Shown here piece after piece: positions 24,501 to 39,000 of a stretch of DNA of 64,000 nucleotides. Both the position numbers and the translations under genes were made by a program. The stretch lies in assembly GCA_010909165.1 (NCBI GenBank), contig VJWM01000220.1, positions 186,001-250,000 on the forward strand, given 5' to 3'. Every line of letters begins with the position of its first letter. The stretch's first letter is position 1. The notes under the pieces were generated by a model. That model saw only the letters and a list, made by a program, of their open reading frames with translations, ran no database searches and was not told the origin of the DNA. This DNA is from Anthoceros angustus. Lineage: Eukaryota; Plantae; Anthocerotophyta.

Positions 24501-27500
24501 AAAAACTTGATGCGCATCTTCTACTTCGCCACACTTTGCCTACATGTCCACCGTGCAAGTGCCCACAAGTGTGTTATCTAGCTTCCCTCTCCACAATGTG
24601 AGTGCAGCCTTCCCTTAAGGCACTTGCGTTTGCAGCCTTCTAAGGCAAGCAAAGGTAACATGGTTGCCCACAATCGGCCCTCCTTCTCCATTTGTCCATA
24701 CAGAACAAGCGCCTCTTGGCCAAGCCCATGATTTGCATACCCAACTATCGGCCGTCCATGTCACGACATCCTTTACGCCTAACCTATCGAAAACCGTGTT
24801 TGCCTCTTTCCAGCTCACCATGCATACATGTCCACCGCAGTTGGCAATAAACAAGTTCGGTGGAATGTCATGCAACATATCATGCCGCACTTTTCGCTAG
24901 ATTCCGTCCACAAATGCACAAGCTTGAAGGGTGCTACAAAGATGTGGGCATCCGCCTTCACCAGCGACACATCGCATAGTAAAGTTGTATCGCCTCATTA
25001 GGCTCCCCATGTGTAGCATGTGAGATTATTGAAAACCACATGAAGGGATTTGGTTTGCCCACCCTCCGTAGCCTACCTCCGGATACATACATCGCAAGAT
25101 ATGGTTCCCCAAGTATGTGATTGACTGCACCCAAGTTTGACTGTGAGATCATGAACGCGTCATCCCACAACCATGTCCTTCTTATACGCACAAAGTTTTA
25201 GCACGACATATAAGCCGGTGAGGAATAGAATAGTCTTCAGATTTTACAGAGCTCCAACGGCCTCGAAGCTTTCCCTACTCACATAACGTCGATGGTTACA
25301 GGTGTCACGACTCCCATATCAATCCGACACCTCCTGTGCTCGCTTGGGAGAGCTCGACTTGGAAGGAGAAGCACAATGACCCACCGCATATTCAAAGAAA
25401 CAAGCTTCTCATCCAACAAGCGGCTTGAACATGTTGTTTAACCCGAGGACCTCACCGGACTCCTTGCACGAATGTCGTGAGCGAGAGCTCCTCTTACCTC
25501 GCCTAGTTTCCCACGCACAAGAGGGGAGTCCTAGGAAGTGGTGATGGGAGGATTGCACTTGGTGTGGTCACACCGAGAAGCGGTGGCCGCTCAAGTCCGC
25601 TACACAGTCCGGTAGTCCTATCTATTCAAATAGGTAGGACTCAAGTCCTTGGTCTTTGGGAAAAGCACTCAAGTCCTTGGTCTTGGGTAATGATGTTCCT
25701 TGGTCCTTGGGAAAGTAGCAAGTAGATAGAAGCCTATTTCGAGTCCTTGGTCTTGGGGGATGTTCCTTGGTCCTTGGGAAAATGGTATGTAGATAGAAAC
25801 CTAGTCCTTGGGTTTCGGAAGGATGTTCCTTGGTCCTTGGGAAAAGTAGCATGTAGATAGAAACCTATTTCGAGGGCCGAGGAAGGCAACTTCCTTGAAC
25901 CATGGGAATTCCGTTTTCTAGATATTGCATGTAGGGCTATATATGCATGTTAGGTAGACTAGGGGTAAAATTGGCCGACTCATCAAGGGCCTCGGGTCGA
26001 CATGTATAATCTCGCTACTCCATGGCTGGAGTAGTGAGTTCAACCTAGGCCGGGAGTATACCGGTTGAAAATTTTATAGCAACTGCGAATCTAGGTAGGA
26101 ATCCTAGTGTACTTCCTTTGGATTGCATGCGCAATTCAATGGAGATACACTAGGACAAGCTACTGATTAGGTGCTACATATAAAGATTTGTAATACAATG
26201 ATATGCGAGTTCTTGCATATTAGCGACAAAGTCGGGCCTAATGAAATGGCCAATCCGAGCGCCAGAAGGCGCCTCGCCGCCGAGCTAATTTCTAATAGAC
26301 GCAATAGGTATAGAGTTTCGATAGGCCTTCACTTGCGATAATCTACATAGTATGCGTAATGCTGAAAACCAATCTACGAGGGATTTCAAGCATGGTTAGT
26401 CGAATATCCAAAATGTAGAGGCATGTTGAAATGTTGAAATGTCACCGATGCATCTGGAAGAGGTTGAAGGACATGCGTGACAAATGTCATTAGTGTAATG
26501 GCGCATTGAGGTGATTCCAGAAAACACATAGGAGTATTTAGATCCTTAGCTAAGGTTGAAGGATCCTCTGGTGACCTTCGAGTGAAGAGGAGCTCACACT
26601 TTGACTCCTCACCACTTCGAATCTTGATCTCACTTCCGAGCTCAAACACGATCCCAAACGCAAGCAAGGTTAGTCAAGCAACCGGAGTATGTGCCTACAC
26701 AAGAAAACCCCGATATATTAGCAAGACAAAGTCGCCTAATGAAATGGCCAATCCAGAGCCGAAGGCGCCGAGCTAATTTCTAATAGACGCAATAGGTATA
26801 GAGTTTCGATAGGCCTTCACTTGCGATAATCTACATAGTATGCGTAATGCTGAAAAACCAATCTACGAGGGATTTCAAGCATGGTTAGTCGAATATCCAA
26901 AATGTAGAGGCATGTTGAAATGTTGAAATGTCACCGATGCATCTGGAAGAGGTTGAAGGACATGCGTGACAAATGTCATTAGTGTAATGGCGCATTGAGG
27001 TGATTCCAGAAAACACATAGGAGTATTTAGATCCTTAGCTAAGGTTGAAGGATCCTCTGGTGACCTTCGAGTGAAGAGGAGCTCACACTTTGACTCCTCA
27101 CCACTTCGAATCTTGATCTCACTTCCGAGCTCAAACACGATCCCAAACGCAAGCAAGGTTAGTCAAGCAACCGGAGTATGTGCCTACACAAGAAAACCCC
27201 GATATATTAGCAAAGACAAAGTCGCCTAATGAAATGGCCAATCCAGAGCCGAAGGCGCCGAGCTAATTTCTAATAGACGCAATAGGTATAGAGTTTCGAT
27301 AGGCCTTCACTTGCGATAATCTACATAGTATGCCGAATTGAAAAACCAATCACAGAGGGATTTCAAGCATGGTTAGTCGTAACATAAATGTAGAGGCATG
27401 TTGAAATGTTGAAATGTCACCGCATGCATCTGGAAGAGGTTGAAGGACTGTATGTGACGAAATGTCATTAGTGTAATGGCGCATTGAGGTGATTCAGAAA

Positions 27501-30500
27501 ACACATAGGAGTATTTAGATCCTGCTAAGGTTGAAGGATCCTCTGGTGACCTTCCGAGTGAAGAGGAGCTCACACTTTGACTCCTCACCTCACTTCGAAT
27601 CTTGATCTCACTTCCGAGCTCAAACATGCATCCCAAACGCAAGCGGAAGGTTAGTCAAGCAACCGGAGTATGTGCCTACACAAGAAAACCTGCAGATATA
27701 TTAACGAAAGCTCTTTCAAAAGAGCAGAGAAGTATTCGAGGTCCGGGTTAGGAGAGTGCGGAACTTTCCTATCTAACCCCAACTAGCCTACATGCCTGCT
27801 ACCTAATCCCACCAGACTCCGTGGGTCTCGGAGGACTCTTCCTTTGGATTCTCGAGTGAGGAGAGGCCTTCGTAGCATCGAGTCCTCACCGCACATGTAA
27901 TCTTGGAGGAACAAGATCCTCCTCAATCCTCAAGAGATCCTGCACAAGACACAAAGCAATTAGATAGCTTTAGAGCGAGTGGGAGTAGGAGCAGAGATGA
28001 AGCAAAACCCAGGTCACTCATCGAGCGACTTACAACATGACCAGGAACAAGAGTCAGAATTCACGCACTCGATCCGCTTCATGACAGATGCAGATACATA
28101 GAGAGAGCTGAGCACTGCTAGGCTCACAATCTTCACATCCTTATCGTGGTTACCTCGAGGGAAATTGAGGCCGTGAGGGCCTCACCTCCCTCCGTCAGAC
28201 ATACGCCTCGGGGCAGAGCCTGAGCTCCCTCTTTGCAGCAGTGGCGAGGGGCACGTGGGAGAAATTGTGGAAGCTAAGCGCGCAATGGAGGACCTCCCAT
28301 GTCCTCCGACATGGCCTCGCCTAGTCCTCGACTGCCACAGCTGGAGGGCGCCCCGCTTCTTGGTCGGCTCAGCTTCCCGCAGCGTGGCCGGGGTCCCTGC
28401 GGCAGAGGAGGCATGTCCTAGCCGCCTTGCTTGCTGCAAAGCGCCTAGGGAGTCTCTGGCGGGGTTCGCATCCTTAGAGGAGGCGACTCATCAAGGGCCC
28501 GGTGACATGTATACAATCTCGCTACTCCATGGTGGAGTAGTGAGTTCAACCTAGGCCGGGAGTATACCGGTTGAAAATTTTATAGCAACTGCGAATCTAG
28601 GTAGGAATCCTAGTGTATTTCCTTTGGATTGCACGCAATTCAATGGAGATACACTAGGACAAGCTACTGATTAGGTGCTACATATAAAGATTTGTAATAC
28701 AATGATATGCAGTTCTTGCATATTAGCGACAAAGTCGGGCCTAATGAAATGGCCAATCCAGCCGAAGGGCATCACCGAGCTAATTTCTAATAGACGCAAT
28801 AGGTATAGAGTTTCGATAGGCCTTCACTTGCGATAATCTACATAGTATGCCGAATTGCTGAAAAACCAATCTACAGAGGGATTTCACGAAGCATGGTTAG
28901 TCGTAACATCCGAAATGTAGAGGCATGTTGAAATGTTGAAATGTCACCGCAGATCCGAAGAGGTTGAAGGACCATGCAGACGAAATGTCATTAGTGTAAT
29001 GGCGCATTGAGGTGATTCCACCGAAAACACATAGGAGTATTTAGATCCTTAGCGCTAAGGTTGAAGGATCCTCTGGTGACCTTCCGAGTGAAGAGGAGCT
29101 CACACTTTGACTCCTCACTCACTTCTGTAATCTTGATCTCACTTCCGAGCTCAAACACGATCCCAAACGCAAGCGAAGGTTAGTCAAGCAACCGGAGTAT
29201 GTGCCTACACAAGAAAACCCTCATATATTAACGAAAGCTCTTTCAAAAGAGGAGAAGCATGTTCGAGGTCCGGGTTAGGAGAGTGGAACTTTCCTATCTA
29301 ACCCCAACTAGCCTACATGCCTGCTACCTAATCAGTCGATTTGGCCGGGTCTCGGAGGACTCTTCCTTTGGATTCTCGAGTGAGGGAGGAGGCTCAGAGC
29401 ATCGAGTCCTCACGCACATGTAATCTTGGAGGAACAAGATCCTCCTCAATCCTCAAGAGATCCCAGTCAAGACACAAAGCAATTAGATAGCTTTAGAGCG
29501 AGTGGGAGTAGGAGCAGAGATGAAGCAAAACCCAGGTCACTTCTAGACTTACAACATGACTGGGAACAGAGTCGTAATTCACGCACTCGATCCGCTTCAT
29601 GACTGACACAAGATGCTTGCATCGATACACAGATAGGAGAGCTGGTGCTGCATGCTGCCTAGGCTCACAATCTTCACATCCTTATCGTGGTTACCTCGAG
29701 GGAAATTGAGGCCGTGAGGGCCTCACCTCCCTCCGTCAGACATAGCCTCAGCCCAGGCCAGGGCCCCGAGCTCCCTCTTGCGGGGCAGCGTGGGAGAAAT
29801 TGTGGAAGCTAAGCGCGCAATGGAGGACCTCCCATGTCCTCCGCGATTATGGCCTCGCCTAGTCCTCGACTGCCACAGCTGTGAGGGCGCCCCGCTTGGT
29901 CTTTCAGCTGCAAGCGTCGGGCCGGTCCCTGCAGCGCAGGAGGCGAGTCCTAGCCGCCTTGCTTGCTGCAAAGCGCCTAGGGAGTCTCTGGCGGGGTTCG
30001 CATCCTTAGAGGAGGACATCTCGACTCAGTTACGCCCACAACCCTTCTCCAATTGCAGGCGTGAAGATGAAGAAGAGGAATATAACGCACGGTGAGGATG
30101 GTTTCTCAGCACGCTCGAATATATACCAAGCGAGGAGCGGGGCGAACGCAATGCATCTGCAGCTTTCACCCGACTCCATCCTACAAGGACCGGAGATGAT
30201 CCTTGTTGGAGCATCACTTTCCAAAATGATCAACAAGTGGGAGTGAAGAGGTATACCCAAACACACCTCCTCCTTCTCCGACGGCCACCTCCTCCCCAAG
30301 ACAAAGCATTCAATTGGGCTTTAACGGACCGTGTTTTACAACACGGTGTTAAAAAACAATTGTTATAAAATGTTTGAGCGGGATCGCCTCTCTCATGTTT
30401 TACAACACGACAACCTAATCTAATTTACAACACGATCCATTGCAAACCTCACGACATTGTAAAGCGTTTAAGAGAGGCCAAGATAGGCCTCCACAATTTA

Positions 30501-32789
30501 CAACATAGTCTAATTTACAACACGATCCATTGCAAAGCGCACTTGTATGTTGTAAATGTATGACAAGGCCGGATCAGCCTCTGACGTTTACACCAAATTC
30601 ACAACGTAGTCTCATATACAAGGTCCATTGCAAAGCGATCTTGCACGTTGTATACGCCTCGGCTTCGCCATTGACAAATTCACATTGTAAGCGAGTGCCA
30701 TTGACAAATTCACGAGCCAGCGAAAGAGAGACACAAGCCACGGTTCCCCAAGTCGCACCACTTGCTTTGTGCTCACATAAATCATAGCAAGAGTTAGGAA
30801 GCACGAAGTGAGCAACCGACTCCACAACACCCTCGGGCAAGAGAGATGCACCACCTTCAAGCAAGAGACATGCACCACCTTCGTGCAAGAGACATGCGCC
30901 TCTTCATGTGTCATTTAGTCACAAACAACTTCCACCAAAAATTGGACAGAATAGCGTGATTTCTTGATGCAGAAGCCATATGAACTAGCATCCATGAATA
31001 CACTAAGGAGTACCGGAGCCATTAACCTTGGTATTCTACCGATCTCGCCCATCAGCCACTTTTGTTGTCACATCCGGGACGCCTGGTTTGATGTTCATTT
31101 CCCCTGCAAGCATCCATGTGAAATGTGAAAGAGATGTAGTGGCACCACAGCGGATGTTGAAGCCATGAGAAAATGCGAGTGGACAACAAAGTTCGTAATG
31201 ACGCTTGCAAGACGAGAATGCTCAAGCATTGAAAACTTGATGCGCATCTTCTACTTCGCCACACTTTGCCTACATGTCCACGCAAGTGCCCACAAGTGTG
31301 TTATCTAGCCGCCCTCTCCACAATGTGAGTGCACCGCCTTCCGTAAGGCACTTGCGTTGCACAGCCTTGGGCTGCGCATGGTTGCCCACAATCGTGCCCT
31401 CCTTCTCCATTTGTCCATAGAAAAGCGCCTCTTGGCCAAGCCATGATTTGCATACCCAACTATCGGCGTCCATGTCACGACATCCTTCGCTAACCTATCG
31501 AAACCGTGTTTGCCTCTTCCAACACCACGCTTTGTGTACATGTCCACCGATTGGCACAACAAAGGTGGAATGTCACTGCAACATATCATGCCGCACTTTT
31601 CGCTAGATTCCGTGTCCACAAAGAACAAGCTTGAAGGGCTGCTACAAGATGTGGGCATCCGCCACACCGATACACATCGATAGTAAAGTTGTATCGCCTC
31701 ATTAGGCTCCCCATGTGTAGCATGTGAGATTATTGAAAACCACATGAAGGGATTTGGTTTGCCCACCTCCGTAGCCTACCTCCGACATACATCCGCAAGA
31801 TATGGTTCCCCAAGTATGTGATTGACTCACTCAAGTTTGACTGTGAGATCATGAACGCGTCATCCCCACAACCATGTCCTTCTTATGCACAAAGTTTTAG
31901 CACGACATATGTGGTGAGGAATAGAATAGTCTATCTACGCCGATTTTACAGCTCCAACGGCCTCAAGCTTTCCCTACTCACATAACGTCTTTTGCGGTGT
32001 CACGACTCCCATATCCAATCAAGACACCTCCTGTGCTCAGCTTTGCAGAGCTCGACTTGGAAGGAGAAGCACAATGACCCACCGCATATTCAAAGAAACA
32101 AGCTTCTCATCCAACAAGTGGCTTGAACATGTTGTTTAACCCGAGGACCTCACCGGACTCCTTGCAGAATGTCGTGAGCGAGCTCCTCTTACCTCGCCTA
32201 GTTTCCCACGACAAGAGGGGAGTCCTAGGAAGTGGTGATGGGAGGACACTTGCATCAAGGAAGCGCCGCTGTCCGCCACAGTCCAGTCCTATCTATTCAA
32301 ATAGGTAGGACTCAAGTCCTGGTCTTTGGGGTTTGAAGAAATGCACTCAAGTCCTTGGTCTTGGTTTAATGATGTTCCTTGGTCCTAAGCCTATTTCGAG
32401 TCCTTGGTCTTGGGTTCTAAGGATGTTCCTTGGTCCTTGGGAAAATGGTATGTAGATAGAAACCTAGTCCTTGGTCTTGGGTTCTAAGGATGTTCCTTGG
32501 TCCTTGGGAAAAGTAGCATGTAGATAGAAACCTATTTCGAGGGCCGAGGAAGGCAACTTCCTTGAACCATGGGAATTCCGCTTTTCTAGATATTGCATGT
32601 AGGGCTATATATGCATGTTAGGTAGATCAGGGGTAAATTGGCACATTCTAAGAGGCAACCGAATCGCCTAAGGTAATGGATCGTGAATCCTGTGTACTAC
32701 CTAATGGGATGCTCGATTCGAGCATCTTGGATGCTTGTGACACACATGTGTTTGTCTCGCTTCAAAATGTGAACGCACTTCAAGTTCAT

Positions 32790-33095
32790 GCGGGCAAGGA
32801 ATCCTTCCGCCATCGGAAGAGCATTGGGGAATGGCATTTTCACTGATGGAGAGATGTGGAAGACGCAGGAAGACTTCAAGCTTGAGTTCTCTTCAGTGTT
32901 CGTGATTACAACACCAACGCGGAGAGCGGTCTGTCAAGACATTGCCCAAGCCGGAAAGGAGGAGGTTGTTGACATGCGGTGAATGATGGTGTGTGGAGCA
33001 TGTTGCACCGCCTTCTTAATGCGTGAATTTTGCTCGACAGCCAGTGCATTGAAGGATCTCTTCGCATGACATTCGATTCCATTTGCAAAATCGGG
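32790..33095 (+). pseudogene. Captured cytochrome P450 fragment, CYP86 clan (CYP704-like), with an intron (other copies about 34800-35110, 36245-36555, 38385-38692)
   Basis: Consensus across copies: ERLGNGIFNIDGEMWKTQ(R)KTSSLEFSSRV.RDYNT...AGKEEVVDM, then an intron-like gtgaatg...ttgaag, then DLF.RMTFDSICKIG. Confidence 0.85.
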
Positions 33096-36000
33096 CAACA
33101 CCCTTAGGCAAGAGACATGCACCACCATCTATGAGTGCAATCGCGTTCCTTCCACAATTTGTGAGTGCATACGTGCCTTTGCATCTTCCAGCTCACCATA
33201 TTTTGCATCGCCCTCTTTCATGGGTCGCTCAAGCATTGAAAACTTGATGCGCATCTTCTACGCCACACTTTGCCTACATGTCCACCAGGCAAGTGCCCAC
33301 AAGTGTGTTATCTAGCCTCTCTCCACAATCAGGAGTGCACCGCCTTCTCAGAAGGCACTTGCGTTGCACGCCTTAAGGCAAGCAAAGGTAACATGGTTGC
33401 CACAATGTGCCCTCCTTCTCCATTTGTCCATACTAACAAGCGCCTCTCCATGATTTGCATACCCAACTATCGGGCCCATGTCACGACATCCTTTCTCGCC
33501 TAACCTATCGAAACCGTGTTTGCCTCTTCCACCAGCGACATGTCCACCGAGCTTCAAACAAGTTCGGTGGAATGTCACTGCAACATATCATGCCGCACTT
33601 TCTCGCTAGATTCCGTGTCCACAAAGAAATGCACAAGCTTGAAGGTCTACAAAGATGTGGGCATCCGCTTCACACCGAGCACATCGTGATAGTAAAGTTG
33701 TATCGCCTCATTAGGCTCCCCATGTAGCATGTGCGAGATTATTGAAAACCACATGAAGGGATTTGGTTTGCCCACCCTCCGTAGCCTACCTCCGATACAT
33801 ACATCCGCAAGATATGGTTCCCCAAGTATGTGATTGACTGCACCCAAGTTTGATCGTGAGATCATGAACGCGATCCCACAACCATGTCCTTCTTATGCAC
33901 AAAGTTTTAGCACGACATATAATTGAGGAATAGAATAGTCTATCACGCATTTCTAGCTCCAATCGAAGCTTTCACTCACATAACGTCGATGGTTACAGTG
34001 TCACGACTCCCATATCCAATCCAAGACACCTCCTGTGCTCGCTTCTGAGCTCGACTTGGAAGGAGAAGCACAATGACCCACATATTCAAAGAAACAAGCT
34101 TCTCATCCAACAAGTGGCTTGAACATGTTGTTTAACCCGAGGACCTCACGGACTCCTTGCACCGAATGTCGTGAGCGAGCTCCTCTTACCTCGCCTAGTT
34201 TCCCACGACAAGAGGGGAGTCCTAGGAAGTGGTGATGGGAGGACGGTTACTTGGTGTGGTCACACCGAGAAGGCTCAAGTCCGCTACGAGTCCGTAGTCC
34301 TATCTATTCAAATAGGTAGGACTCAAGTCCTTGGTCTTTGGGTTTGGGAAGAAACAGACTCAAGTCCTTGGTCTTGGTTTGAATGATGTTCCTTGGTCCC
34401 AAGCCTATTTCGAGTCCTTGGTCTTGGGGTTCTAAGGATGTTCCTTGGTCCTTGGGAAAATGGTATGTAGATAGAAACCTAGTCCTTGGTCTTGGGTTTC
34501 GGAAGGATGTTCCTTGGTCCTTGGGAAAAGTAGCATGTAGATAGAAACCTATTTCGAGGGCCGAGGAAGGCAACTTCCTTGAACCATGGGAATTCGTTTT
34601 CTAGATATTGCATGTAGGGCTATATATGCATGTTAGGTAGACTGCAGGGGTAAAATTGGCACATTCTAAGAGGCAACCGAGAACGCCCTAAGGTAATGGA
34701 TCGAATCCTAACGGTGTACTAAGAATGGGATGCTCGATTCGAGCATCTTGGATGCTTGTGACACATGTGTTTGTCTCGCTTCAAAATGTGAACGCCACCA
34801 AGTTCATGCAAGGAATCCTTCCACATCGGAAGAGCGGTTGGGGAATGGCATTTTCAACATCGATGGAGAGATGTGGAAGACGCAGAAGACTTCAAGCTTG
34901 AGTTCTCTTCCAGAGTGCTGTGATTACAACACCAACGCGAGAGGGGTCTTCGCGCATTATTGCCCAAGCGGAAAGGAGGAGGTTGTTGACATGTGAATGA
35001 TGGTGTGTGGAGCATGTTGCAATCGCTTCTTAATGCGTGAATTTTGCTCGATGACCGCAAGCCATTGAAGGATCTCTTCGCATGACATTCGATTCCATTT
35101 GCAAAATCGGGCAACACCTTAGGCAAGAGACATGCACCACCATCTATGAGTGCAATCGCGTTCCTTCCACAATTTGTGAGTGCGCTTTTGCATCTTCCAG
35201 CTCACCATATTTTGCGATATCCTCTTTCATGGGTCGTCACAAAAACTTGGCGGCATTTTCCACACCAAATTTTGCATACATGTCCACTGTAGGTGCCCAC
35301 CACTACATTCTCCAGCAGGCCGAGCCCTTGTCAGCCATAAGGGCATTCCATGTCACCATATCCTCGACAAAGCAAGCAAGACTACAAGAAAGGTTAGGAA
35401 TCACCACTAGTTGTCCATCATAGTGAAGACTAAACCAAGAGGTTCTTTGAAATCAAGACACCTCTGTGCCCGGCTGTGAGAGCTCGACTTGGAAGGAGAA
35501 GCACAATGACCCACCGCATATTCAAAGAAACAAGCTTCTCATCCAACAAGCGGCTTGAACATGTTGTTTAACCCGAGGACCTCACCGGACTCCTTGCACC
35601 GAATGTCGTGAGCGAGCCCTCTTACCTCGCCTAGTTTCCCACGCACAAGAGGGGAGTCCTAGGAAGTGGTGATGGGAGGATCCTTGGTGTGGTCACACCG
35701 AGAAGCGGTGGCGCTCAAGTCCGCTACGAGTCCAGTCCTATCTATTCAAATAGGTAGGACTCAAGTCCTTGGTCTTGGGTTTGAAGAAACAGACTCAAGT
35801 CCTTGGTCTTGGGTTTTGAATGATGTTCCTTGGTCCTAAGCCTATTTCGAGTCCTTGGTCTTGGGTTCTAAGGATGTTCCTTGGTCCTTGGGAAAATGGT
35901 ATGTAGATAGAAACCTAGTCCTTGGTCTTCGGGTTTTAAGGATGTTCCTTGGTCCTTGGGAAAAGTAGCATGTAGATAGAAACCTATTTCGAGGGCCGAG

Positions 36001-39000
36001 GAAGGCAACTTCCTTGAACCATGGGAATTCCGCTTTTCTAGATATTGCATGTAGGGCTATATATGCATGTTAGGTAGACTGCAGGGGTAAAATTGGCACA
36101 TTCTAAGAGGCAACTTCGAGAATCGCCTAAGGTAATGGATCGAATCCTAACGGTGTACTACCTAATGGGATGCTCGATTCGAGCATCTTGGATGCTTGTG
36201 ACACATGTGTTTGTCTCGCTTCAAAATGTGAACGCACCCAAGTTCATGCAGGCAAGGAATCCTTCCGCATCGAAGAGCGGTTGGGGAATGGCATTTTCAA
36301 CATGGAGAGATGTGGAAGACGCAGGAAGACTTCAAGCTTGAGTTCTCTTCCAGAGTGTTCGTGATTACAACACCAACGCTGCAGAGACAGTGCTTTGCGG
36401 CAAAAGATTATTGCCCAAGCCGGAAAGGAGGAGGTTGTTGACATGCGTGAATGATGTGTGGAGCATGTTCAACTTCTTAATGGTGAATTTTGCTCAGATT
36501 GGGCAAGCCATTGAAGGATCTCTTCGCATGACATTCGATTCCATTTGCAAAATCAAGAACACCCTTAGGCAAGAGACATGCACCACCATCTATGAGTGCA
36601 ATCGCGTTCCTTCCACAATTTGTGAGTGCATACGCGTCTTTTGCATCTTCCACCACCATATTTTGCATCGCCCTCTTTCATGGGTCGCTCAACTGCCAAA
36701 AACTTGGCATTTTCCATCAAATTTTGCATACATGTCCACGTAGGTGCCCACCACTACATTCTCCAGCAGGCCGAGCCCTTGCTACCCATAAGGGCATTCC
36801 ATGTCACCATATCCCCATAAAGCAAGCAAGACTACAAGAAAGGTTAGGAATCACCACTAGTTGTCCATCATAGTGAAGACTAAACCAAGAGGTTCTTTGA
36901 AATCAAGACAACATCCCCACTTGCCAATTAAGACGATCCATGTAACGTAGGGGTCGTTGTTCAATAGCATCCATCATAGCATATGATGGGCGAACCAGAG
37001 ATGAATAGATTCTTGAATCAAGAAACGATTATCCCCACTCGCCAAGACCACATCCATGGTGCTCCCATTCCTCCTCCATAAGATGATCCAAATGACGAGG
37101 CGCTGCTCTACAGCCTCTCAGTGTCCAAAATTTGTCGCCTTATTCTCCAAAACCTCGGAAGGAGGATTCGCACCGACTCCTCTCGAGGTACTTAGCGCCA
37201 ATTTGAGTAGGCGGGACAACTTCCCTACATCGGGCGGGGAACCCTGCCGCCAGATGGCGCCACTTGTTCGCATGGCGAAACGGGAGACTTGTATCACAAC
37301 CATCTTGTGAAGCGACCCTATGTCCTCACCTTGTTTACTATGTGTCCTCAACAATGGTCCGAAGGCTCGCATTTTCCACAGGTAAAGCGGCCCGAGTACA
37401 CCGCCGTGCTCGCCACAAGAAGCCGTGAAAGGTGGAACCCCAAGATACAAAAACCCCGCTTGAGTGCGCCATCGGAACAAAGGCGGGTATCCGCTGCAGA
37501 AATCATCAACGTCGTCTTCTTTACTCTTTCCGACTATCGCCGAGGCAAACGCCAAGATCGATACCACACTCAAAGAAAAAGAGATTGATTTGTGGCCCAA
37601 TTCTAGTGCGGCCATCACCGCTACCAAGAAGCCAAGAGGTCGATCATCGAAATTGGCGCAGAACTACGCCATCGCAACAATCGGTCAGGCGCTACGTCGG
37701 CGAACCCTTAAACCACGAACCCGTTGCCTCCCAACCAACCCAACAAGTCCAACGGGGATGTGATGCAATTTGAAGAAGGACGCGGCGGGCCGGCAAGAGC
37801 CTACGCACTAACTATCTCGATGTCGTACCCATGTCGCATTAATATGCATCCGAGTTCAAGTCCGCTACTCAGTCCAGTCCTATCTATTCAAATAGGTAGG
37901 ACTCAAGTCCTTGGTCTTTGGGGTTTGGGAAGAAAAGACTCAAGTCCTTGGTCTTAGAATGATGTTCCTTGGTCCTAAGCCTGTCGAGTCCTTGGTCTTG
38001 GGTTCAAGGATGTTCCTTGGTCCTTGGGAAAATGGTATGTAGATAGAAACCTAGTCCTTGGTCTTGGGTTTTGAAGGATGTTCCTTGGTCCTTGGGAAAA
38101 GTAGCATGTAGATAGAAACCTATTTCGAGGGCCGAGGAAGGCAACTTCCTTGAACCATGGGAATTCCGTTTTCTAGATATTGCATGTAGGGCTATATATG
38201 CATGTTAGGTAGACTGCAGGGGTAAAATTGGCACATTCTAAGAGGCAACCGAACTGCCCTAAGGTAATGGATCGTGAATCCTAACAAAGGTACTACCTAA
38301 TGGGATGCGATTCGAGCATCTTGGATGCTTGTGACACACATGTGTTTGTCTCGCTTCAAAATGTGAACGCATCACCCAAGTTCATGCAGGCAAGGAATCC
38401 TTCCACATCGGAAGAGCGGGGAATGGCATTTTCAACACCGATGGAGAGATGTGGAAGACGCAGAAGACTTCAAGCTTGAGTTCTCTTCCAGAGTGTTCGA
38501 TTACAACACCAACGCGTTTAGAGGCGGTCTGTGGTGATTATTGCCCAAGCCGGAAGGAGGAGGTTGTTGACATGCGTGAATGATGGTGTGAGCATGTTGC
38601 ACCGCCTTCTTAATGCTCGAATTTTGCTCAGATTCAGCAAGCCATTGAAGGATCTCTTCTCGCATGACATTCGATTCCATTTGCAAAATCGGGCAACAGT
38701 TAGGCAAGAGACCACCATCTATGAGTGCAATCGCGTTCCTTCCACAATTTGTGAGTGCAACGTTCTTTGCATCTTCCACCACCATTTTTGCATCGCCTCT
38801 TTCATGGGTCGTTCAACTCAAAACTTGGCGGCATTTTCCGCTCACCAAATTTTGCATACATGTCCACGGTGCCCACCACTACATTCTCCAGGCCGAGCCT
38901 TGCTGTACCCATAAGGGCATTCCATGTCACCATATCCCGACAAAGCAAGCAAGACTACAAGAAAGGTTAGGGAATCACCACTAGTTGTCCATCATAGTGA

